Shown here: positions 50,268 through 61,426 of the stretch, piece after piece
Layout: every line of letters begins with the position of its first letter
Position numbering within the stretch: position 1 is the first letter of the stretch
From: Paraspadella gotoi
Taxonomy: Eukaryota; Animalia; Chaetognatha
DNA: 64,000 nucleotides
Assembly: GCA_051294375.1 (NCBI GenBank)
Contig: JBJCIZ010000028.1
Span: forward strand, 1,963,053-2,027,052
Direction of reading: 5' to 3'
The notes under the pieces: model-generated
What the model was told of the DNA's origin: nothing
Database searches by the model: none
What the model saw: the letters and a program-made list of their open reading frames with translations, nothing else
Made by a program: the position numbers and the translations under genes

Positions 50268-50821
50268 GAGAGAGACAGAGAGAGAGAGAGACATCATCGT
50301 AAATGAAACAAACAAACGCGTGTATGAGTGAGAGAGAGAGACAGAGACAGAGAGAGAGATAAATCCACGAAAATCTTGGATGTAAATTTGGGATTTTGTG
50401 TTGAGAAAAAAGCGAGGAATAAATGGTGATAATAAAAGTTTTTAGAAGGAGAAAAATAATCAGAATTTTTTGAAAAACGCACGATCACACAAGAGATCGT
50501 ACAGAGAGAGACAGAGAGAGACAGAGAGAGAGAGACAGAAAGACAGAGAGAATGAGATAGACGGAGAGAGACAGAGAGTGTACGAACTTTATTTCCAAAC
50601 ATAAAACGTATTCTGACTAAATCTCAGAGCCATGAAATAAATCCACAAAAATCAGAGAGAGACAGAAAGAGACAGATAGAGACAAACAGAGAGACAGACA
50701 GAGAGAGACAGAGAAAGAGACAGAGAGAGAGAGAAAGAAAGAGACAGACAGAGAAAGAGACAGACAGAGAGAGAGAGACAAAGACAGAGAGACAGAGACA
50801 GAAAGAGAGACAGAGAGAAAG

Positions 50822-50865
<44 letters not shown>

Positions 50866-51217
50866 TTATTGATGTAATAGTAATGATTGATACAATAGTA
50901 ATTGATGATTATTGAGAGAAGGAGAGAGAGAGGGGGAGAGACGAGAAAGCAGAGAGACAGAGAGAGACAGAGACAGAGAGAGAGAGAGACATCATCGTAA
51001 ATAAAACAAACGCGTGTATGAGAGAGAGAGAGAGAGAGAGAGAAGAGGAGAGAGAAGAGAGAGAGATATATTGATACAATGATAACCAATTATTGATGCG
51101 ATGATAGTCATTCACTGATATGATTCTAGTCATTCACTGATGCGATGATAGTCTTCTTTGACGCAATGAGTCATTCATCGTAAATGAAACAGACAAAAGC
51201 GTGTAATGAGTAAAAGG

Positions 51218-51257
<40 letters not shown>

Positions 51258-51426
51258 GAGACAGACAGAGAGAGAGAGAGAGATAAATCACGAAAATCTC
51301 GGATTGTAAATTTCAGATTTTGATTGAGAAAAAAAGGCGCGGAATAAATGGCGATAATAAAAGTTTTTAGAAGGAGAAAAAATATCAGAATTTTCGAAAA
51401 ACGCACGATCACGCAAGAGATCGTAC

Positions 51427-51457
<31 letters not shown>

Positions 51458-52704
51458 CAGAGAGAAGAGATAGAGAGAGACGGAGAGAGACAGAGACAGA
51501 GAGTGTACGAACTTTGTTCCAAACATAAAACGTATTTTGACTAAAATTTCAGAGACCATAAAATAAATCCACAAAAAATCAGAGAGAGACAGAGAGAGAA
51601 CGAGAGGAGAGACAGAGAGAGACAAAGAGAGGACAGACAGAGAGAGACAGAGACACAGAGAGAGAGATGAGAAAAAAAAAGCTGGGACAGCCACTGGACA
51701 GCCACTGGTCAGCCACTGTACAGTCGCTGCAGACTTTGAACTCGTTTTTAAATGACTCAGAAACAGGCAGCCCCTGACAAAAAAGCACAAAATATTGAAA
51801 GAAATAAAAAGAAAGGCAAAAAACATGTTAGAAGTGTTTACAATTTGGAAATTGTTAAAATTTTTTTTAATCATAGCTTGTTAAAGATTTTATTTTTATT
51901 TTATTGTTTAAATCACATCTTTATATTGATTCAAAGATTTTCATGAATTTCATCTTAAATATTATTTAGATTAAAGTATTATTATACTTTATTTGGATAT
52001 TATAAATGAATACTATATATCTAATTTGCATTATTGCATCAAATCATAATGAAGTGGAAATTCAAACAAAAAATATTTAAATCAAATTGTATTATGAAAA
52101 TTTCCAAAGCTATTTCAAGTATAAGAAGTCATATCTAAATTTTATAAAATTTCATCGTAATTCATAAGCAATTTTTATTTAAAAAAAAATTGGTAAGCCC
52201 AAGCCAAAACTATATAAACCGTAGTTTTTATATAATAAAAGTGTGTGCGCTCATAAAAAAATCTTTTGAATCAATATAAAAGGATGTGATTCAAAAGACT
52301 TTTTTCTGGAGAAGCTATATCTTAATTTTAATAAAATAAAAATAAAATCTTTAACAAGCTTTGATTGAAAAATTTTTAACAATTTCCAATTGAACACTTG
52401 TAACATGTTTTTGCCTTTCTTTTTATTTCTTAATTTTTCTTGTTTTTTTTGTCATGCGCTGCCTGTTCTTGAAACGTTTAAAAAACGAGTTCCGCTGTGT
52501 TGCACGACTGTACAGAGGCTGTCAGCGGCTGTCCAGCGGCCTGTCCAGCAGCTGTCCAGCTTTTGTCCTCTNNNNNNNNNNNNNNNNNNNNNNNNNATGA
52601 ATGACTCATTGCGTCAAAGAATGACTATCATCGCATCAGTGAATGACTAGAATCATATCAGTGAATGACTATCATCGCATCAATAATTGGTTATCATTGT
52701 ATCA

Positions 52705-52740
<36 letters not shown>

Positions 52741-52995
52741 NNNNNNNNNNNNNNNNNNNNNNNNNNNNNNNNNNNNNNNNNNNNNNNNNNNNNNNNNNNN
52801 NNNNNNNNNNNNNNNNNNNCTGTCTCTCTCTCTCCCTCTCTCTCTCCTTCTCTCAATAATCAATCAATTACTATTGTATCAATCATTACTATTACATCAA
52901 TAATTCGTTATCGCATCAATTTTTTTTTCCGGATTTTTTCATTAATTTTCTTTGATAATAGCCGGCTGGCACGATCTGGATTCTTTTAAGATTTT
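49930..52995. mobile_element. Large foldback-like repeat with GA tracts, 25-bp subrepeats and inverted arms
   Basis: 51680-51880 pairs with 52340-52565 (cagccactgga/tgtccagcggc subrepeats); 49935-49990 pairs with 52940-52995; internal direct duplication ~50300-50660 and ~51180-51590. Confidence 0.55.
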
Positions 52996-53757
52996 TTTAA
53001 CTGTATTGGAAATATATTTCATTATCATAAATTATCAATTGACTTCATTGACGCTTTTCAACAAAACTAAGCTTCNNNNNNNNNNNNNNNNNNNNNNNNN
53101 NNNNNNNNNNNNNNNNNNNNNNNNNNNNNNNNNNNNNNNNNNNNNNNNNNNNNNNNNNNNNNNNNNNNNNNNNNNNNNNNNNNNNNNNNNNNNNNNNNNN
53201 NNNNNNNNNNNNNNNNNNNNNNNNNNNNNNNNNNNNNNNNNNNNNNNNNNNNNNNNNNNNNNNNNNNNNNNNNNNNNNNNNNNNNNNNNNNNNNNNNNNN
53301 NNNNNNNNNNNNNNNNNNNNNNNNNNNNNNNNNNNNNNNNNNNNNNNNNNNNNNNNNNNNNNNNNNNNNNNNNNNNNNNNNNNNNNNNNNNNNNNNNNNN
53401 NNNNNNNNNNNNNNNNNNNNNNNNNNNNNNNNNNNNNNNNNNNNNNNNNNNNNNNNNNNNAATTGACTTCATTGACGCTTTTCAACAAAACTAAGCTTCT
53501 GTATTCACTATTAAAATTATCATTAATGTTAAAGATTGTTAAAGTGCTTACATTAAAAGTGTTGTTATTTAAAAAGAAAATTAATATTATAAGTATAGAT
53601 AAAATAAAAAATCATATTATAATGTAAAAATATGGTATTAATATTTAAAGTTTTACTATTTTTATATCTATATATATTTATTTATATGTTCTATAAATTT
53701 AATCTATATTAGTTTTTTATATTAGTTTTAATATTATTTATAATTTTCTTGTTTCAG

Positions 53758-53834
53758 ACGGCCGCAAGGAAGAGGAGCAAGAGATGTCGCCCTTGAGAAA
53801 CGACAAACAAAACTCAGACACGTTGGATGTTTAA
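53758..53834 (+). CDS. Probable terminal exon of the SLC1 transporter (GRKEEEQEMSPLRNDKQNSDTLDV*)
   Basis: Strong TTTCTTGTTTCAG acceptor, GC-richer open frame ending TAA, position after the TM8 exon. No motif-level proof. Confidence 0.55.
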
Positions 53835-54050
53835 CATTTTTTTTCTAAACTATATGCAATATGCGAACAAGCAATATGCAAACAAACAAGAGCGATCGAT
53901 TCAAATATATGCAAACTAAAGAAGCGAACTTTTCCTGTTTTATTTTTTTCCCGCCGGTTGTTCAATTGTTTCTCTCTGTTTTTAAAGTTTTTTTTTTCTT
54001 TTCTGGAGAAATACAAATTATTCGGGTTGACAAAGTTGAGAAATTTTTTT

Positions 54051-54084
<34 letters not shown>

Positions 54085-55262
54085 AAAGGATTCGGATATT
54101 TTTATTCAGCAGAGAATCGATGGTACGCCTGATTGGTCGGCGAGAGGAGAACCGTTCTCAACCCAAACCGCAAAGCAGCTCGATTGAAATTAAACAACTC
54201 CCNNNNNNNNNNNNNNNNNNNNNNNNNNNNNNNNNNNNNNNNNNNNNNNNNNNNNNNNNNNNNNNNNNNNNNNNNNAGAAGAAAGAAAGCTGAAACCTGT
54301 CAGACCAGTTAGTCATTAAAGAAAAAGTTTGAAGCCATTTACTCCCAGATCATTTTAAATATTTTGAATAATCTGAAATATTGTTTTTTATATTGTAGCC
54401 ATTGTATTATTCCTTTCTTTTTCGTTGAGTTTAAGGATTAAGAAAGTTTATCAAAAACAAATCGTTGATGCAATGAAAAAAAATTTCAAACTTTGCTAAT
54501 GTTTTTTTCATGAAANNNNNNNNNNNNNNNNNNNNNNNNNNNNNNNNNNNNNNNNNNNNNNNNNNNNNNNNNNNNNNNNNNNNNNNNNNNNNNNNNNNNN
54601 NNNNNNNNNNNNNNNNNNNNNNNNNNNNNNNNNNNNNNNNNNNNNNNNNNNNNNNNNNNNNNNNNNNNNNNNNNNNNNNNNNNNNNNNNNNNNNNNNNNN
54701 NNNNNNNNNNNNNNNNNNNNNNNNNNNNNNNNNNNNNNNNNNNNNNNNNNNNNNNNNNNNNNNNNNNNNNNNNNNNNNNNNNNNNNNNNNNNNNNNNNNN
54801 NNNNNNNNNNNNNNNNNNNNNNNNNNNNNNNNNNNNNNNNNNNNNNNNNNNNNNNNNNNNNNNNNNNNNNNNNNNNNNNNNNNNNNNNNNNNNNNNNNNN
54901 NNNNNNNNNNNNNNNNNNNNNNNNNNNNNNNNNNNNNNNNNNNNNNNNNNNNNNNNNNNNNNNNNNNNNNNNNNNNNNNNNNNNNNNNNNNNNNNNNNNN
55001 NNNNNNNNNNNNNNNNNNNNNNNNNNNNNNNNNNNNNNNNNNNNNNNNNNNNNNNNNNNNNNNNNNNNNNNNNNNNNNNNNNNNNNNNNNNNNNNNNNNN
55101 NNNNNNNNNNNNNNNNNNNNNNNNNNNNNNNNNNNNNNNNNNNNNNNNNNNNNNNNNNNNNNNNNNNNNNNNNNNNNNNNNNNNNNNNNNNNNNNNNNNN
55201 NNNNNNNNNNNNNNNNNNNNNNNNNNNNNNNNNNNNNNNNNNNNNNNNNNNNNNNNNNNNNN

Positions 55263-56354
55263 AGTTGCATCAAAATTTGCAGCTTTTTCTGTTATTGCGC
55301 AACTGAAATCATTGTGAACAGAAATCTTCTTGCAAAAGACAAAAATCTTTATTGGATTGATTTTTTGGAAAATCCCTCCTTATTTCTATTACCAGATGAT
55401 TGTAACAGGGAAGAAGCAAAAAGTTCTCTGATATCATTTAGAGACGAATTGGCAGGATTGTTCACAATAACTGAGCTGGACATAGAAAAAAGCTGGGAAA
55501 AACTTAAGGAATTCGCTAAAAAATTGTCAGGATTATTTGAAACAGGAACAATAATAGAGGAAAGAGAATTCACAAAAGCTCAAAACAAAAAAATCAATTG
55601 GACAGATGTTGTGATTGTTGAGAATTTATTTATCACATACTTGGAAGTACAAGATATTTTAAAAGAGTTAGTTCTCAGTGAATTAAAAATATATGATTTC
55701 AGTAAAATTACTTTTAATGGAAAACTCACAGTCCCAATTATGGAAGAAAATATTCATATTGACAGAGAATCCCTCCAAGAATCTTTGACTCTAGCACTGA
55801 CAAATTTAAGAAATAGGATTGTTTATATACATGGGGTGGTGGGAAATGGCAAAACTTATTTGTTAAAACATGTTTTGAAAAAACAAGATAAGCGAGTACT
55901 TTTCTCTGACCTTAGTGGGTTTAATAAAGAAAAAAAATCTATAACTGAATATGAAATTCAAAAGTGGGCAAAACATATTCTTTGTGAATTTTTTGATCTA
56001 CCTTTTAAAAGCAGATTGGTAAAACCTACTTTAATCTTGCAAAAACTTTTGAGTGAGCTTTATAATGACATCATAGTTGTGTTAGATCCAATTGATGCAG
56101 CAATGAACACAGCGAGATATTTTGTGAAAGAATTAAAGTTGTTTATTGAAAAAACACATGTTGTTATAATACTGTTATCCAGTTTAAGAGAACAAACGTT
56201 AATAGACATGACACATTTGGAAGATAACCCCATTCCGAGTTTTACTGAGAAAGAGAGTTTGAACTACCTAAACCTTAAACTTAAAGATGTAATTGACATT
56301 TTACCTTCTGAATTTGGACTGGAAAAGATTTTATCAATTTCCACATAATATTCC
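55263..56354 (+). CDS. STAND-like (NACHT/NB-ARC-type) P-loop NTPase exon, 5' end in gap
   Basis: About 360 open codons with Walker A IVYIHGVVGNGKT, Walker B IIVVLDPID, sensor-1-like IILLSS and 'IPSFTEKESLNYL'. Likely frameshift just before an HNIP (GxP-like) motif and a GTAAGT donor at 56355. Confidence 0.8.
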
Positions 56355-56438
56355 GTAAGTTTTATTCAATACATGCTTAACTTTATTTGAGTCAACCTGA
56401 CTGACTTTGGCTTTGTTGAGATGAATCAGCCCCTGCAG

Positions 56439-57830
56439 AACTCGAAGCTGCGACACAAGTAGAGATCGCATCAAAAAATATATAAGCTGGCTCAATTGAT
56501 GATGAGAATATCATGTTTGAAAGCCATTACATGTTTTCACGGTGAATTTATGTAAGACAGTTAATTTACTGTTGAACATTACTTCAGCTTCACTGAAAAA
56601 ATTGCAATTACTGCATCAAGACTCTGAAAAAATATTTTTCAGATAATTGAAAAAAAAAAAAACAAAAATATTGAAAAATAGAGTCTGATGTCGCCCATAA
56701 AATGGCCAAGTGGCATCACTGCCACGATAATATCAATAGTTTTGTAAAGAATTTATAAAAAAATTCCGAAGTACCATCTTATTCAGTTGGTCAAAAAAGG
56801 CGGTGTATATGTAATGGATTCGTGTGTACGGAGGATAGCATTAGAGGTTTTTTCAAATAACCCTTTCAAACATTTAAAAATAATTTTGTCCGTCTGCAGC
56901 TGAAGGAAAATTTTACGAATATCAAAGAAAATAACGCTCACCTTGTTATATGGAAGCAAGGCAGATGAGGCAAGCCATTCTTATGCTGTTGCAAAGATAT
57001 TCGCAAAATGAGGAATTTAAAAATTTTGAAATCTGTCTGAGGATGAACATGTATGAGCTCTTGAAATGAGTTTTTTTCGAATTGCGATTCTATTATATAT
57101 TTTTTTAAATAATGCATTTGCTATTTCGATAATAGTCTAGATTATTTTCAGTTTGCTCTGTAGTACTATAACTTGGAGAGAAAAAAGAGTTTAAGAAGGC
57201 AACGAAAGAAACAAAAGGAAAGTAAAAAAGAAGAAAAAAATGAAAATCTTTCAGATGCCTGAATATGAAATTGAATCGTTAAAATCAGTTAATCAATCGG
57301 AAAAACAAAAGAAAAAGTTCAATAGATATTCCAAAAGAGCTAAAAGCTTCAATTGTTGCAAAAATTTCGTCGTTGCGAAAAAATTGAAATCTCAAGTCAC
57401 TTGCACACTTAGACGAGAAAAAATTGATATGATAATCATGCATAAGTGCACAGTTGAAACTCAACTTGCAGATTAGAAAGAGATGAATCAAAATTTGAAG
57501 GTGAATCTGATAGTCATAGTGATATTGAGAGTGAATTTGATAGTTTTGAACTTTCATGACCTGCCTAACTCTCATTTATTGCCATTGCACTAGGTGTTTA
57601 TTATTATTGTTATGGTAAGAAAAAAATGGAAATTTTTAATACCATAACTAAAAAATGGTCAACAGTAAGATCCATCGTGGGATATTCCAATATTCAAACC
57701 ACCGTTCTGCTGCTAAAAGAAGGAAGATGAAAGTGGGTTTTTACTATATAGATGAGAATTTTAAGACTTCACTTCTATTCTATGAAACCACAATCTCTGG
57801 ATTAAATTCTACGTGGCGACGGATCGACCG
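56439..57830 (+). pseudogene. Indel-disrupted coding-like region linking the NTPase to Kelch repeats (sequencing noise or pseudogene)
   Basis: CTGCAG acceptor; fragments KAITCFHGEF (winged-helix-like), a charged/acidic linker, and Kelch-like MEIFNTITKKWSTV. No continuous frame. Confidence 0.4.
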
Positions 57831-57913
57831 GTTAGTTAATATTCATACGATGGATTAAAATTAGTAATGATATAATGTTAAATTGTTAATTCTACTCATT
57901 TTATGTTTAATAG

Positions 57914-59025
57914 CGTCCTGCGCCTCGAAGAGATTTTTGTTGTTGGATTCACGAGTCACACATTTTTACATTTGGTGGAGAGGGAGTTGATTTCACTTCT
58001 GACTACCTTACTTCCTCTCTGGTATTGTGAATGGATAGATGGCCTGTCAACACATCAGCTGATTTGCTTTGATGAAGAGAAATTGATGTCAAAGCCTGAA
58101 ATGGGGGAGACACCGGAGCAGTCATTATATAATTTTTTAAAAGAAGATTTGGATGAAAAACTGATTTAAATTGATAATCCAAGGAAAACAAAAATGTTTT
58201 GAATGGAGGACGGTTGCTACAGTTGGGGAAAAACCATTACCACCATATAGATGCTTGTGCGAAAGAAAGAAGACAAAGTTTATATTTATGGAAGCCTTGC
58301 CATGTAAGTTGAGATTCTAGAAAACATTAAATGTAAATAATAGAAAAATATTTCTGGACTTTGTATTTAATTAACAATGAAACTTTCAAAAGTTTCTTAA
58401 TTCGTTAAAAGCTTTTTATATACAATTTTAATGCTTGCACTAGCTAAATATTTTATTTTTAAGTCCTATTTCTAATTTTTTCTCAAAAATAATAAAAAGA
58501 AACACATTTTTAAACAGTTTTTTTTTTCAAAAATGATTTGTAATTTTCAGCTGCTGACAGGCTTTACACATTGACCATGTCCGAATCGCCGCCCATCTGG
58601 AGTTTGGTTAAGTTATTTCCAAGGATTTATTATCTTCTCTCACTTTTTTCTATTGAAGATCGACTTCTCGCCATTAATAAAATACTTGAGGTGAAGGGAG
58701 GAATTTCTTTTCAGAAAACTTTTCGTCTCTCGATTCCTTTTGACTCTTTTTTGTCTTTCAGGTCTTTGGTCAGGTGATCGAAGGAGAGAATCGATGGACG
58801 GAAATTAAACTCAAGGGAATCGAAGAAGAGAGATGGCGAACATTTAACTTCAAGACTGTATTGGTTGAAGAAACGAAAAAGATGTACATAGTCGGTGGAA
58901 TAGATTTGGTGCGACCTCGAGACAACAAAAACTTGATCGAGATCGATGTTGCTCCTCTTTATGATGACAAAAACGATCAAGTGGATGATGACGATGATGA
59001 AACCGATGATGACGATGACATATAA
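57914..59025 (+). CDS. Kelch-repeat exons (~57914-58303, ~58551-58606, 58762-59025) with acidic C-terminal tail; frameshifts present
   Basis: RPAPRRDFCCWIHESHIFTFGG, FEWRTVATVGEKP..KVYIYG, RLYTL...PIWS and KKMYIVGG are Kelch blade motifs. GT-AG boundaries; stop at 59025. Confidence 0.72.
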
Positions 59026-59110
59026 TTAGACTAAAAAATGTTGCTTCGTTTTATCGATAATAACTGACGTTTTAGAAATATTAGTTTGATTACTCTTTGT
59101 CTGTCTCTCA

Positions 59111-59141
<31 letters not shown>

Positions 59142-60479
59142 ACTAGAAAACTTTCTTTCTGTCTGTCTGTCTCTCTTTCTTTTGGTCTCTCTCTATCTCT
59201 CTCTCTCTCTATCTATCTCTCTCTCTCTTTCTCTCTCTCATTGAAAAAATTTATCTATGTCTCTCTTTCAGTCTGTCTGTCTCTCTCTCTCTCATTGAAA
59301 AACTTTCTCTCTGTCCGTCTGTCTCTTGGTTTGTCCGTCTGTCTCTCTCTCTCTTTCTCTCTCTCACTCTGATTCTCTATCTCTCACTGGAAAACTCTCG
59401 CCGAAAAGCCAATGACAATATTGACGATGATTATGATAAAAGGAACTTCGATGATAAAAATGATAAAAATGCATTGTCCATTGTCCATTGTCCATGACAC
59501 AGATTTCAAAAGTTAATGATAAAAAACTATGATTTAATATATAATGAATACTAATGATGATGACACACATCAAGACTTTAGAGCAACATATAGGGAAATG
59601 TAGCAGACAATTTTGAAAGCTAAGATATAGATTAAAATGATTGTAGTTTGTCTCGCTTGTTCCTAAATCGGATTTCTCTTTTGCTTGATATTGTTTACTA
59701 ATTTACTAAAGATTGATTTGTTTGTAGGTTTATAAATAAATNNNNNNNNNNNNNNNNNNNNNNNNNNNNNNNNNNNNNNNNNNNNNNNNNNNNNNNNNNN
59801 NNNNNNNNNNNNNNNNNNNNNNNNNNNNNNNNNNNNNNNNNNNNNNNNNNNNNNNNNNNNNNNNNNNNNNNNNNNNNNNNNNNNNNNNNNNNNNNNNNNN
59901 NNNNNNNNNNNNNNNNNNNNNNNNNNNNNNNNNNNNNNNNAGTTTGTTGCAAATAATACAAAAATCTAGAAATAAATTTTAATCATATAACGAATTGGTA
60001 TGTTACTTAGCACGTTCAAGCTTCGGTCTTTTAAACTATCCATAACCTTGAAAGGTCCCGTGCAGCGACAGAGCTTTCTGATTAAAAGAACTGAAGGCAT
60101 AATGGTGAGTCGGGTTTGGTGACAAGTTCACATCGCCTATAAGGAAGACTTCGCTTTTATGTCCCGGTCAGCTCTCAGCTCACCAATTAATAATGGTCCT
60201 TCGGTCCATAAAGTACCGGGATCAGCGCGTACGAAGATGGTCGTAAAAGGGTTAGCGTAGAAATAACCTCAGTTAAAACCAGAGTCCCAATCTGGCGACT
60301 CGAATTGACCTCTCAAGATGGAACCTCGCTTTTACCGAAATACAATGAAGCCTCAGTCGTCGTCGTCGTCGTCGGTCGCTCTTTCATATCTCCGTTTTTT
60401 GGGCACTCTGTTAATTTTTTCGAAAAAAAAAAAAATTGCTTAATATTTAATTTAAAAACATTTTTAAACTTATAAAACC

Positions 60480-61345
60480 AATCTCTAACCTGCGTATCTA
60501 ACCCTGATCTCTAACCTAATCTCTAACCCTATCTAACCCTGATCTCTAACCTCAGATCTCTAACCCTGATCTCTAACCCTGGATCTAACCCTGTATCTAA
60601 CCCTAATCTCTAACCTGATTCTCTCCTTAATCCTCTAAACCTATATTCTCTAACCCTAATCTCTAACCCTGATTCTAACCTGATCTCTAACCCTGTTATC
60701 TTCTAACCCTGATCTCTAACCCTAATCTCTAACCCTAATCTCTAACCCTTGATCTCTAACCCTAATCTCTAACCCTGATCTCTAACCCTAATCTTCTAAC
60801 CTAAATCTCAACCCTGATCTAACCATGATCTTCTAACCCTAACAACTTAACTAATCACAGAGGAATGAAATTTCTTAAATGTAATCCTAACCAAAAATTT
60901 CCTAACCTTATAAACAAACCAATCCCTAATGCTTAATTATTAACCTAATCCCTAACTAATCCTTAACCTTAATCCTTAACCTAATCCCTAACCTAATACT
61001 TAACCTAATCCTTAACCGTAATCTTTTACCTAATTGCTAAACCTAATCCATAACCTAATCTAACTTAATCCTTAACCTATCCATGTCAATCCTCAAACCT
61101 AATCCTATACCTTAATCCATAACCAATATCCTATAACCTAATCCTCAACTAATAAGCCTTCAACCTAATCCTTAACCTAATCCCATAACCATAATCCATA
61201 ACCTAATCCTCAACCTAATCCTAAACCTAATCCTTAACCAAATCCATAACCTAACCAATAACCCTAATCCATCAACTTAATCCTCAACCTAATCTCCAAC
61301 CTAATCCTCAACCTAATCCTCAACCTATGGCCTCAACCTAATCAA
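60480..61345. repeat. Two adjacent minisatellites: 13-bp CTCTAACCCT(G/A)AT (~60480-60840) and 12-bp AACCTAATCC(T/A)(T/C) (~60920-61345)
   Basis: Directly visible tandem units with indel noise. Confidence 0.9.
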
Positions 61346-61398
61346 CCCAAAGCGTCCGGGGTTCTAGCCCGGTGTCGCCTTGCAGTTAAGAGGGACGG

Positions 61399-61426
61399 GG
61401 CGGGCTTAACCCGCCTGTTAACTAGT
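61399..61426 (+). mobile_element. Helitron-like 3' terminus (GC hairpin followed by CTAG|T)
   Basis: GGCGGG-CTTAA-CCCGCC hairpin, then 6 nt, then CTAG and T, just downstream of the minisatellites. Confidence 0.6.

Noticed and set aside
53037-53498. ~38-bp direct repeat flanking a gap
   Set aside because: Identical sequence on both gap edges indicates overlapping contig ends.
60480-60840. True telomere or interstitial (TTAGGG)n tract
   Set aside because: The period is 13 bp rather than 6 bp, and the array is internal and flanked by other sequence.
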